Shown piece by piece: positions 28,754 through 37,711 of a stretch of 64,000 nucleotides of DNA. The DNA is from Candidatus Moraniibacteriota bacterium. Lineage in GTDB: Bacteria > Patescibacteriota > Minisyncoccia > Moranbacterales > GWC2-37-73. Within the stretch, counting starts at the first letter, position 1. Every line of letters begins with the position of its first letter. The stretch spans positions 33,221-97,220 of the forward strand of contig DAIUDF010000001.1 in NCBI GenBank assembly GCA_036845785.1. Reading direction: 5' to 3'. A program made the translations under genes and the position numbers. The notes below the pieces were generated by a model. That model ran no database searches. It saw only the letters and a list, made by a program, of their open reading frames with translations, and had not been told where the DNA came from.

Positions 28754-29818
28754 CTATTTTTTCACTTTCTTATTTTTAATTAATATACGTCGAAATAACA
28801 TTTTTCCATTTATAGTAAAGTCTTTATCTCCATTTTTTCCTGTATATCTATCTAATCCTATTATTTCAAATTGACTAGGATTATGATAATTAAGAAAAGT
28901 AATTGGCACACCCATTACTCCATCATAATCCATAGGAATATCAATATATCTATTTACATTAATCCCATTATAATTATCATATTTTAAATATTCTTTAGGG
29001 TTATATTTTTTATATAATGTGAGATCTTTGTGACGACTAGCAACATCAAGATTGGTATACCAATTAACACTTCCCATGCTGAAATATTTCACTCCGTTAA
29101 CAATTTTCTTCCTCGATTCCGTAGGAATATCATAATCCATTGGGACTTGAAACCATTTTGTTCCACCATTATCATATCCAAGCCAAACTTTATTTTCTTT
29201 TATCAAAGGAAAAAATTCTTTATAAATCACTGCGCCTTGCTGACCTAATATTAAAAAATTTTTATTATGTTTTACTAATTGATCTACATATTCCCTAAAC
29301 AATGAAAACGGCGGATTAGTGACAACCATGTCCGCTTGTTTTAACAGCTCTATACTTTCTTGACTTCTAAAATCCCCTTCTCCCTGGAGCGGCGCCCATT
29401 CATTATTTTTATTGTCTTTGAGTTGCTGGGCAATATCATTCAAATCAAAAGCTCCGTTATTATCAAGATCACCAACTTCATTAATAATAAATTTGTTAGC
29501 AGTTGTTTTTGGGCGGCCCTTTTTTACTGTAAGTGTTTTGTCATCGCCAAATAGGCTAAGTTGAGTGTTGGCAATCGGCGATGGCTTATAGCTGGTAGCC
29601 ATAAGTTTTTTCAAACCCAAAGCATTGAAATTTGATGCAAAATATTTGAAAAAATTACTTTCAAACGGATCGTCGCAATTACAATAAACCACTTTCCCAC
29701 GAAACTGGTCTTTATAATGCATGAGTTCCTTTTCAATATCAACCAGCTGAGTGTAAAACTCATCTTTTTTGGCCTTGTTTGCCTTGTGCAAGTTTTTATT
29801 CGACGATTTATTTTCCAT
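28754..29818 (-). CDS. N6-adenine DNA methyltransferase (NPPF motif, gamma-type order)
   Basis: DEFYTQ N-terminal motif, CNCDDPFESNFF (motif I-like), and VVTNPPF (motif IV). Confidence 0.7.
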   Translation of the reverse strand: MENKSSNKNLHKANKAKKDEFYTQLVDIEKELMHYKDQFRGKVVYCNCDDPFESNFFKYFASNFNALGLKKLMATSYKPSPIANTQLSLFGDDKTLTVKKGRPKTTANKFIINEVGDLDNNGAFDLNDIAQQLKDNKNNEWAPLQGEGDFRSQESIELLKQADMVVTNPPFSLFREYVDQLVKHNKNFLILGQQGAVIYKEFFPLIKENKVWLGYDNGGTKWFQVPMDYDIPTESRKKIVNGVKYFSMGSVNWYTNLDVASRHKDLTLYKKYNPKEYLKYDNYNGINVNRYIDIPMDYDGVMGVPITFLNYHNPSQFEIIGLDRYTGKNGDKDFTINGKMLFRRILIKNKKVKK

Positions 29819-29994
29819 AATTTTATAAAAACTAATTTTCCTTTAAATAAAGCAATTTTTCTTGATTTTTGAAAATTATCCACAGGGGCTTGAAATAATT
29901 ATAAGAATATGGTAGTATCTATACATAGACAAGTAAATTCCTTATGCGTGGGGTTCCGGATGGTTCCTCTTAAATAGCGCATAAGGTTTTGTTT

Positions 29995-30633
29995 TTATGG
30001 GAATAATGGACTTTCTTCAACGATTTTCTGCCTTATTAAATTATAATAGCTCTCATCTCCTAATTCTTTTTTCTTATATATCGCCCAGCAAATAAAATCA
30101 ACCGCCTGCAAGCACTTTTCAGCTTCAGGTGTTTTTATTTTTACACAAATATCAAGTTTATGATTATTCTTAACCTGATTTTCTAAATAATTTTTAAAAT
30201 TATCATTAAGAAATCTGTTTGTTTCACGCCTAGAAGCTATTAAAATTATTGGCGAATCTAGTGAAATAAGTTTTTTGGTGAATATTCTATCCAATAATAT
30301 ATTAGAAACATAATTATAAAGGACGTGTTTTTCATCTCTGAGTTTGGTATATACTTTCGCCTTATTTAGATGTATGGAAAGAACTGAAATATCTTTTTCA
30401 TTTAGCATTCCCAATGTTTTTATAATTGTCTTTGGTTTTTCTTTGCAAGCATGCAAAATTCCGACATGCTTTTTAAGCTCCTTCTTGCTTAAATTTCTAG
30501 CAACTTTTTTAATTACTTTTTCTACAGGACCTTTATTTTTAACAAATAAAAAAGTAACCACAAAAAATTTTGAAGATTTCTTGTTCGAATCAAATCCTAA
30601 GTCTCCACTTTCATCCAAAAATATATATGCCAT
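29995..30633 (-). CDS. DUF3800 family protein
   Basis: MAYIFLDESGDLG N-terminal signature. Confidence 0.65.
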   Translation of the reverse strand: MAYIFLDESGDLGFDSNKKSSKFFVVTFLFVKNKGPVEKVIKKVARNLSKKELKKHVGILHACKEKPKTIIKTLGMLNEKDISVLSIHLNKAKVYTKLRDEKHVLYNYVSNILLDRIFTKKLISLDSPIILIASRRETNRFLNDNFKNYLENQVKNNHKLDICVKIKTPEAEKCLQAVDFICWAIYKKKELGDESYYNLIRQKIVEESPLFP

Positions 30634-30750
30634 TTTTTATTTTCCCCAATCCACGTAAAACAATTTCATTATCACGTGGCTGTGCTTTAATTATTTTTTT
30701 GAATAATAATCCTTAATCATCAGCCCACCCCGGTTAAATACGATTTGAGC

Positions 30751-31809
30751 CTATTTTCTAAAAACATAGGCGGAGGCGGGACCTTTGCCTACTTGTTTTA
30801 TTGACCCGATTTTTTTGAGTTTTTGAAGATGCAACTGAGCTGTCCTCTTGGGACAATTCAGAATATCAACCACATCGTTCACGTTTATTTTTCCAAGCTT
30901 ATCCAAAAAATCCAAAATTTTCATCTGATCCTTGTCCAGATAGATTTGCGAATTAACATCCGCATCAATTTTCATGGCGGAAAGCGAGATTATTTTGTTT
31001 TTGACATTGTCAATTTCCTCTTTGAAACCTTTGGAGAAATATTCCAGCCATAAAGTGAAATCAGTTTTTCTTTCATCATAAGTCTTGCCTATATTGATAG
31101 CTTTATAATATCGTTGTCTATCTTTGTTGTAATAATCTTCCAAAGCAAAAAGTTTTCTGAAGTCATAGCCCCGCTTATAGAGAATAAGAGTGGCCAACGC
31201 CCTGGCTGTCCTGCCATTGCCATCATTGAATGGATGGATGGCAGCAATTTCCTGATGGGCTATGCCAGCCACAATGATCGGGCTAGTGTCTTTTTTCTTA
31301 CTATCTTCTATCCAAGAAATAAGATCAGCGCAAAGTTTCGGAACTTTCTTGGCATCCGGGCCTGTATACATAACCTCATTAGGAAAGCCTAAGCGCCTTC
31401 TGACGATATAGACCGGACCTTTTCTGTAGTGTCCTGACGATTCCTCATCCAATGTTTTGTCTGTAACTAATTTATGTATTTTAAGCAAAACTTTTTCGGT
31501 AATCGCCTGCTTTTTTTTGACGACTTGCTCGATATATTTCAAAGCATTGAGATAATTTTGCACTTCAAAAATTTCTCTCTGGGGAGCATCCACTTTTTTC
31601 CGGCCAACTAAAGCTTCAACTTCGTGCATATTGAGCTGGTTGCCTTCAATGGCAGTTGAGCTATGAGTCATCCTGATCAAAGCTTGCCGGCGCAATTTCA
31701 GCTCATTTTTAGGAAGAATCTTGGCTCGCTCAATAACTGCCTTGGCCTCAGCCACCGCAGTCAACATTTTTACAATATTGTCAGTAATTTTATATTTTGG
31801 ATTAAACAT
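30751..31809 (-). CDS. fic: Fic-family protein (AMPylator-type) with C-terminal wHTH
   Basis: HPFNDGNGRTARA matches the HxFx(D/E)GNGRxxR Fic motif. Confidence 0.85.
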   Translation of the reverse strand: MFNPKYKITDNIVKMLTAVAEAKAVIERAKILPKNELKLRRQALIRMTHSSTAIEGNQLNMHEVEALVGRKKVDAPQREIFEVQNYLNALKYIEQVVKKKQAITEKVLLKIHKLVTDKTLDEESSGHYRKGPVYIVRRRLGFPNEVMYTGPDAKKVPKLCADLISWIEDSKKKDTSPIIVAGIAHQEIAAIHPFNDGNGRTARALATLILYKRGYDFRKLFALEDYYNKDRQRYYKAINIGKTYDERKTDFTLWLEYFSKGFKEEIDNVKNKIISLSAMKIDADVNSQIYLDKDQMKILDFLDKLGKINVNDVVDILNCPKRTAQLHLQKLKKIGSIKQVGKGPASAYVFRK

Positions 31810-31910
31810 ATCGATATAGAAAGTATAGCATGTTTTTGATAATCACGCAATAATCGCGCAAAGAATCGCGCAAAGTTTTTTTCGCCCACTTTCGGAATTC
31901 TATATTTATT

Positions 31911-31985
31911 ATTTTTTTGAATAATAATCCTTAATCATCAGCCCGCCCCAGTTAAATATCGCTTCGCTATTTAACGGGGTAAACC
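31911..31985. repeat. palindromic element family G (ccccGTTAAATA...TATTTAACgggg). Copies at 30688-30750 (degenerate), 31911-31985, 32724-32800, 33260-33320, 42481-42540 and 48313-48362 (inside comEC)
   Basis: Three copies share the upstream TTTTTTGAATAATAATCCTTAATCATCAGCCCGCCCC block plus a 12-bp-stem hairpin. All six carry the GTTAAAT/ATTTAAC arms. Confidence 0.8.
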
Positions 31986-32165
31986 TTATCTTTTTTTCCA
32001 GTCCCTTATTACAAAACCGCCCTTAATTTTTTTAACGGTTATTTTTTGCCGCTCCTTCCACCCCAGTTCCCTAACAACTTCAATAGGCAGAGTTAAACCG
32101 ATTGAGTGTTTTCCAATTTTTGTTAATTTTCGCACATTTTTTTCGTTTGATTTTTTGTTTGCCAT
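31986..32165 (-). CDS. AbrB/MazE/SpoVT-type swapped-hairpin small DNA-binding protein (antitoxin-like), 59 aa
   Basis: Complement translates to MANKKSNEKNVRKLTKIGKHSIGLTLPIEVVRELGWKERQKITVKKIKGGFVIRDWKKR. It is absent from the ORF track, presumably because it is under 60 aa. Confidence 0.6.
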   Translation of the reverse strand: MANKKSNEKNVRKLTKIGKHSIGLTLPIEVVRELGWKERQKITVKKIKGGFVIRDWKKR

Positions 32166-32199
32166 ATTTTTTTGTTGCTACTTATAATTCTAATAAAAT

Positions 32200-32646
32200 T
32201 TATCGAACCTTTGCGAAAAGATAAACATCATAATATTTCCCGTTTTTGCAGACTTCTTTCCTTAATATTCCCTCCAACTTAAATTTATTCTTCTCCAAAA
32301 CTCTTGCCGATGCTTTATTCGGGAGATACACCTTTGCTGTAACTCTTTTTAATTTTAATTTGTCAAAACATAGCTTCACCAGCTCTCTTGTGACCTCGGT
32401 AATCAAACCTTTGCCCCAATGCTTTTTTGCCAGCCAGTAACCGATCTCCGCCTGATGCCCGTTTCTATGTATTCCGCAACTGCCAGCAACTTCACCTTCA
32501 ATTTCAATGGCAAGGTTTACCCTGTCCTTCCTTTTTAGGTTAAGTGCTTTTTTCAGAAAAATATTCGCTTCTTTGGATCCGTAAGGATACGGCACTACTG
32601 ACATATAGCGGCCAATGTCGGGATCATTTATATTTTTTATCAGCAC
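32200..32646 (-). CDS. GNAT N-acetyltransferase (RimJ/RimL-like)
   Basis: GIHRNGHQAEIGYWLAKKHWGKGL...ARVLEKNKFKLEG acetyl-CoA-binding region. Confidence 0.8.
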   Translation of the reverse strand: MLIKNINDPDIGRYMSVVPYPYGSKEANIFLKKALNLKRKDRVNLAIEIEGEVAGSCGIHRNGHQAEIGYWLAKKHWGKGLITEVTRELVKLCFDKLKLKRVTAKVYLPNKASARVLEKNKFKLEGILRKEVCKNGKYYDVYLFAKVR

Positions 32647-32783
32647 ATCCTTATCTGTTTTTTTGTAATTTCTGATTATAAACCGCTTGGTTTTGATCGG
32701 CTTGATTTTCGTATATTTATGTTAATTATTTTTTGAATAATAATCCTTAATCATCAGCCCGCCCCCGGTTAAATATCGCTTCG

Positions 32784-33224
32784 CTATTTAACAGGGTAAA
32801 TCTTCCTTACATTTTCTTTGTTTGGTTCTTCGTTTGGTTCTTTGTTTTCCTTACGTCTTCCCCTGGATTCAAGCTCTAGCACAACTGCTTCATAGTACGC
32901 AGGATGACTTTTTATTTTAGTTTCATCTGCAGCTATTATGATATCCATCAATTCTATACTTGATGCATCATGCACAAGAGCTCTGCGTTTTTGAACATTT
33001 TCAGAACTTATAGCACCTGGGCTTGAATGCCTCAAACTAATCAGGGTTTCAACTACCCATTCCTTATTTTCTAAGTATTTTTTACATTTTTCATCTAAAA
33101 AAGCTTTCTCTTCAGCTGAAAGTTTATATTTTTTATCACTCGTATTTCTTGTTTCTTCTTGATTAGCTTTTTTTATTTCTGCTTTTCGACCCGATGGAAC
33201 CGGGAATTGTATTAATTCTCCCAT
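32784..33224 (-). CDS. hypothetical protein (cassette)
   Basis: 146-aa ORF bounded by palindromic repeat copies. Confidence 0.4.
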   Translation of the reverse strand: MGELIQFPVPSGRKAEIKKANQEETRNTSDKKYKLSAEEKAFLDEKCKKYLENKEWVVETLISLRHSSPGAISSENVQKRRALVHDASSIELMDIIIAADETKIKSHPAYYEAVVLELESRGRRKENKEPNEEPNKENVRKIYPVK

Positions 33225-33349
33225 AATTTTATTTTATTAAATAATTTATTTTTTACTTTTAAAATCTCTCACTACCAACGCACCCCCAGTTAAATATCGC
33301 TTCACTATTTAACGGGGCAAGCGTACTTCAATTCTACGCCTAAAAATCC

Positions 33350-33396
33350 CCCTTAGCAAAAGAAAAAGGCTTGGCGACACAATCGTCACCAAGCCT
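33350..33396 (-). terminator. intrinsic terminator after 33409..33828
   Basis: ggcttggcgacacaatcgtcaccaagcc hairpin followed by a T-run on the minus strand. Confidence 0.6.
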
Positions 33397-33408
33397 TCGG
33401 TTTATTTG

Positions 33409-33828
33409 TTACGGAAAATCTATAAGACTCTCCACTTTTCCCTTGAGATAATTCAGGCCCTTTTCATCAATGAAGACGTTTGATTCTTTATCAAACATGG
33501 CAATCCAATCTTCAGGGTATTTGAAAGCAGCAAGTTTTTCCAGAGCTTCTTTCTCTTCAGGACTGCCCTTTTTGGTTTCCTGATAAGCCAAAAGTGTCTC
33601 TTCGACATCTTTGGCTTTATCCAGCATTTTTTTGAGAATAATTTTGAGAAGGCGTTCCCGGTATTTGTCTTTTTCATAAAAACGTACAACTTTGGTATAT
33701 ATGCCCTCCCAATCGTTGAAATCGAATTTGTCTTTGGCTTCTTTTGAAAGTTTGCCTAGATACATGGTACGCGTCCGGCTCACTCCAACTTTGCGTGCAA
33801 ATTTTTCAAATGGTATTTTATTATCCAC
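33409..33828 (-). CDS. hypothetical protein with possible N-terminal HTH
   Basis: FEKFARKVGVSRTRT is HTH-like. An intrinsic terminator lies just downstream. Confidence 0.45.
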   Translation of the reverse strand: MDNKIPFEKFARKVGVSRTRTMYLGKLSKEAKDKFDFNDWEGIYTKVVRFYEKDKYRERLLKIILKKMLDKAKDVEETLLAYQETKKGSPEEKEALEKLAAFKYPEDWIAMFDKESNVFIDEKGLNYLKGKVESLIDFP

Positions 33829-33961
33829 TTTAAACCCTCCAATATAGAATTGTTGCCTTCAATGTGATTAGAAATAAAAATTTTTACCCACCTCCTTGTG
33901 CTGAATTATCATCTTAAAGAACAACAGCAATATATTACATCTTCTATGACTGTTGTCAAGC

Positions 33962-33990
33962 CATAAAAAACAGCCCCGAAGGGCTGCTTT
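33962..33990 (-). terminator. intrinsic terminator after fusA (island boundary)
   Basis: cagccccgaagggctg hairpin followed by T6 on the minus strand. Confidence 0.65.
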
Positions 33991-34017
33991 TGTAAAAAGT
34001 ATTCAAATTTCTATAAG

Positions 34018-36096
34018 CTATTTTTTCGCAATGATTGTTTCTGCTACATTTTTCGGCACTTCGTTGTAGTGTGAAAATTCCATGTAGTAGCTGGCGCGGC
34101 CCTGGGTCATGCTTCTCATTTGGGTTGCGTAGCCGAACATGTTGGCCAGTGGCACTTCCGATTCAATTTCTTTGACGCGCGCATTGCCTTCTCCGCGATC
34201 ATTGATTTCTTTGATCATGCCACGACGAGAATTGATGTCGCCCACCACATCGCCCATAAATTGTTCCGGCGTCGTGACCACCATTTTCATAATCGGTTCA
34301 AGGATGACAGGTTCAGCTCTTTTCACTGCTTCTTGCACTGCCAATGATCCGGCAATTTTGAAAGCAGCTTCCGAAGAGTCAACTTCATGGAAAGATCCGT
34401 CATAGAGAGTTACTTTCACATCCACCATTGGATAGCCGGCCAAAACTCCGTTTTCCAAAGCTTCTTTGACGCCGACATTGATCGGTTTGATATATTCCTG
34501 CGGAATGACACCGCCTTTGATTTCGTCAATAAATTCATAACCCTTGCCTTTTTCTTCCTGCGGCTGCACTTTGAGCCAGCAATGTCCATATTGTCCGCGA
34601 CCGCCGGATTGACGGATATATTTTCCTTCAGCTTGAGCTTCTTTTTTGATTGTTTCACGATAGGCTACTTGCGGCTGGCCGATGTTGGCTTCAACATTGA
34701 ATTCCCTTTTCATACGATCGATGATGATGTCCAAATGAAGTTCGCCCATGCCGGAAATGATTGTCTGGCCGCTTTCTTCATCCGTGCGCAGGCGGAGAGT
34801 CGGATCTTCACCGGAAAGTTTGCGAAGGGCAGTGCCCATTTTTTCCTGATCAGCTTTGGTCTTCGGTTCAACAGCAATGTCGATCACCGGTTCCGGGAAA
34901 ACGATATTTTCGAGCTGGATTTGTTTGTTTTCATCGCAAAGAGTGTCGCCTGTTGTTGTGTTTTTGAGTCCGACCAATGCGCCGATTCCTCCGGCTGAAA
35001 TTTCCTGAATTTCTTCACGATGATTGGCATGCATCTGCAAAATGCGTCCGATTCTTTCTTTTTCTCCGTTAGTAGCATTTATCACATATGAACCAGCTTT
35101 CAGCGTTCCTGAATAAACACGGAAAAATGTCAGCTGACCCACGAAAGGATCAGTGGCAACTTTGAAAGCCAGCGCCGCAAAAGGTTCTCCGTCATCAGCT
35201 TTTCTTTCAATTTCGCTTCCGTCTTTTGGATCAATGCCTTTGACAGGCGGAATATCAATCGGCGATGGCAGATAGTCAACCACGGCATCCAAAACTAATT
35301 GTACTCCTTTGTTGCGAAGAGCAGTTCCGGTCAAGACCGGCACAATTTTAACAGCAATCACAGCTTTTCTAAGTGCGGTTTTGAGTTCTTCAATGGAAAT
35401 TTCTTCGCCGTTCAAATATTTTTCTGTGAGCGCATCATCAGTCTCGGAAATTTTTTCCACCATTTTTTCGCGCATTTCTTTGGCTTTGTCCAAAAGTTCA
35501 GCTGGAATTTCAGCTTCCACGATTTTTTCTCCCATTTGGCCTTCGAAAGTGTAGGCTTTCATTTTGATAAGATCAACAACACCTCTAAATTCACTTCTTT
35601 CGCCAATTGGTATTTGAATTGCCACTGCGTTCGGAGTCAGACGATTCCAGATTGAATTCAAAACAAAATTAAAGTCCGCGCCTTCTTTGTCGATCTTATT
35701 TACGAAGCACATGCGCGGCACGTGATATTTGTCAGCTTGGCGCCATACTGTTTCAGATTGCGGTTCCACGCCTTCCTTGCCGTCAAAAATTACTACCGCA
35801 CCATCCAAAACGCGGAGTGATCTTTCCACTTCCACGGTAAAATCCACGTGTCCTGGCGTGTCAATGATGTTGATTTGGTGTTCTTTCCAAAAACAAGTGG
35901 TAGCCGCGCTGGTGATGGTGATGCCGCGTTCGCGTTCCTGTTCCATCCAGTCCATCGTTGCTTCGCCTTCATGCACTTCCCCGATTTTGTGGGTAATGCC
36001 GGTGTAGAACAAAATACGCTCGGTGGTGGTTGTTTTGCCGCCGTCAATATGAGCGATGATACCAATGTTTCTTAGTTTTGAAATATCCTTAGACAT
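34018..36096 (-). CDS. fusA: elongation factor G
   Basis: [17 protein letters not shown] and full five-domain EF-G. Confidence 0.95.
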   Translation of the reverse strand: MSKDISKLRNIGIIAHIDGGKTTTTERILFYTGITHKIGEVHEGEATMDWMEQERERGITITSAATTCFWKEHQINIIDTPGHVDFTVEVERSLRVLDGAVVIFDGKEGVEPQSETVWRQADKYHVPRMCFVNKIDKEGADFNFVLNSIWNRLTPNAVAIQIPIGERSEFRGVVDLIKMKAYTFEGQMGEKIVEAEIPAELLDKAKEMREKMVEKISETDDALTEKYLNGEEISIEELKTALRKAVIAVKIVPVLTGTALRNKGVQLVLDAVVDYLPSPIDIPPVKGIDPKDGSEIERKADDGEPFAALAFKVATDPFVGQLTFFRVYSGTLKAGSYVINATNGEKERIGRILQMHANHREEIQEISAGGIGALVGLKNTTTGDTLCDENKQIQLENIVFPEPVIDIAVEPKTKADQEKMGTALRKLSGEDPTLRLRTDEESGQTIISGMGELHLDIIIDRMKREFNVEANIGQPQVAYRETIKKEAQAEGKYIRQSGGRGQYGHCWLKVQPQEEKGKGYEFIDEIKGGVIPQEYIKPINVGVKEALENGVLAGYPMVDVKVTLYDGSFHEVDSSEAAFKIAGSLAVQEAVKRAEPVILEPIMKMVVTTPEQFMGDVVGDINSRRGMIKEINDRGEGNARVKEIESEVPLANMFGYATQMRSMTQGRASYYMEFSHYNEVPKNVAETIIAKK

Positions 36097-36228
36097 ATTT
36101 TTTAATTAAAAATTGAAAAATCAAAAATCAAAATGACAGTTGAAAAATAAAAAAATATTTTTAAATTATTAATTTATTTTTACATTCTTATTTGTCATTT
36201 TCCATTTTGAGATTTACATTTTACATTT

Positions 36229-36696
36229 TTATGCGAAGTGGGCAAAGGCTTTGTTGGCTTCAGCCATACGGTGCACATCTTCGCGTTTCTTGATAGAAGA
36301 TCCGGTTTTGTTGGAAGCATCAATAAGTTCGTCTGCCAATTTTTCTGCCATTTTCTTGCCTTTGCGGCTTCTGACAGCTGCCAAAATCCAGCGGATAGCC
36401 AAAGTCTGTCGGCGTTCACCGCTAACTTGGATCGGCACTTGATAGTTGGCGCCTCCTACTCTTTTTGATTTAAGTTCCAAAAGCGGTGAAACATTTTTGA
36501 TAGCTTGTTCAAAAACATTAAGTCCGCCCTTTTTGGTTCTTTCATGAATAACGTCAAAGCAATCGTAAATGATTTTTTCCGCCACGCTGCGTTTGCCATT
36601 TTTCATGACATTGCCAATCAGTCTGCCGACCAGCATATTTCCATATCGCGAATCAGCTTTCCATTGTTTTTTATATATTCTTTTTCGTCTAGCCAT
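36229..36696 (-). CDS. rpsG: 30S ribosomal protein S7
   Basis: S7 signature. Confidence 0.95.
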   Translation of the reverse strand: MARRKRIYKKQWKADSRYGNMLVGRLIGNVMKNGKRSVAEKIIYDCFDVIHERTKKGGLNVFEQAIKNVSPLLELKSKRVGGANYQVPIQVSGERRQTLAIRWILAAVRSRKGKKMAEKLADELIDASNKTGSSIKKREDVHRMAEANKAFAHFA

Positions 36697-36874
36697 TTTT
36701 GTCTATGAGCGGAGCGAGTAGCTACAAAAATGAGCATCCCGTCCCAATTCTTAAATTTTACCTTTAAATTATATTAAAACTGAGCCGTAGGCGTTTCCGT
36801 GTCTCAATCCAATTCACTACTGCAACTCTTCTTTGGAATTTGGGACTGGGATAGCCATACCTTTATCTATTGTA

Positions 36875-37297
36875 TTATTCTGTTTTCGCTTTCGGTCTCT
36901 TGGTGCCGTACATGCTGCGGCTTCTTTTCCTGTTTTCTGTTCCAGCCGTATCCAAAACTCCGCGCACCACGTGATAGCGCACGCCGGAAAGATCCTTCAC
37001 GCGTCCTCCGCGGATCATAACGATTGAGTGTTCCTGCAGATTATGTCCGATGCCCGGGATATAGGCGGTAACTTCCATGCCGTTGGTCAATTTGACGCGG
37101 GCTATTTTCCGAAGAGCTGAGTTTGGTTTTTTCGGCGTTGTGGTTCCGACTTTGGTGCAAACTCCACGCTTAAAAGGACCAACTGTTTTGACCGGCTTAT
37201 TTTTGAGCGTATTAAAAGTCATGCTCATGGCTGGTGACTTTGTCTTCTTTTTGATTGATTTCCTGTTTTTCTTTACTAACTGATTTATTGTAGGCAT
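36875..37297 (-). CDS. rpsL: 30S ribosomal protein S12
   Basis: [10 protein letters not shown]...[10 protein letters not shown] signature. Confidence 0.95.
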   Translation of the reverse strand: MPTINQLVKKNRKSIKKKTKSPAMSMTFNTLKNKPVKTVGPFKRGVCTKVGTTTPKKPNSALRKIARVKLTNGMEVTAYIPGIGHNLQEHSIVMIRGGRVKDLSGVRYHVVRGVLDTAGTENRKRSRSMYGTKRPKAKTE

Positions 37298-37711
37298 ATT
37301 TACATCAATTTCTAATTTCTAATTTCTAATTTTCCGCCTCGGCTTCGCCTTGGGCGAGACGGGCTAAACAAATTCTAATGACCAAATTTCTAAATGTTTT
37401 AAACATTGAAAATTGAAACATTGAAAATTGATTGAAAATTGAGAATTGAAAATTGAAAATTTCCAGTTCTATTATAATTATTTTTTATAAACAAACAATC
37501 TTCCGTGCAACTCTCACGGATTTTCAATAAAAACGGCTAATTAGATAGCAAAATCATAATAAACGATATCGGAAAATGTGTCAACCCTGAAATGTTTAGC
37601 AAAATTGACAGCAGCCAAGGCTGTGCTAGGCTGAAATCAAAGCTAAGCAATGTTGATTTAACAATTTTTTAAAACCGAAATCTACAATAAAAAAATATAT
37701 TCTGAGAGGAG

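Noticed and set aside
29876-29884. DnaA-box consensus TTATCCACA (also at 53550-53558) as evidence of oriC.
   Set aside because: These are single isolated boxes with no cluster, no AT-rich DUE arrangement, and no adjacent dnaA/dnaN. They are more likely chance matches.
30688-33320. Calling the palindromic elements bona fide integron attC sites.
   Set aside because: The core-like heptamers occur in the order GTTAAAT...ATTTAAC, which is inverted relative to R''-L''...L'-R'. There are no extrahelical-base asymmetries that can be judged by eye, and no intI is in the window. It is reported only as integron-like.
20240-34017. Prophage interpretation of the island.
   Set aside because: There is no integrase, terminase, capsid, portal or tail genes. 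The content is defense or toxin-like cargo only.
34387-34998. 203-aa plus-strand ORF and other long antisense ORFs within fusA, hisS (60781-61311), ftsZ (53839-54278) and similar.
   Set aside because: They are fully embedded antisense to high-confidence conserved genes. These are shadow ORFs.
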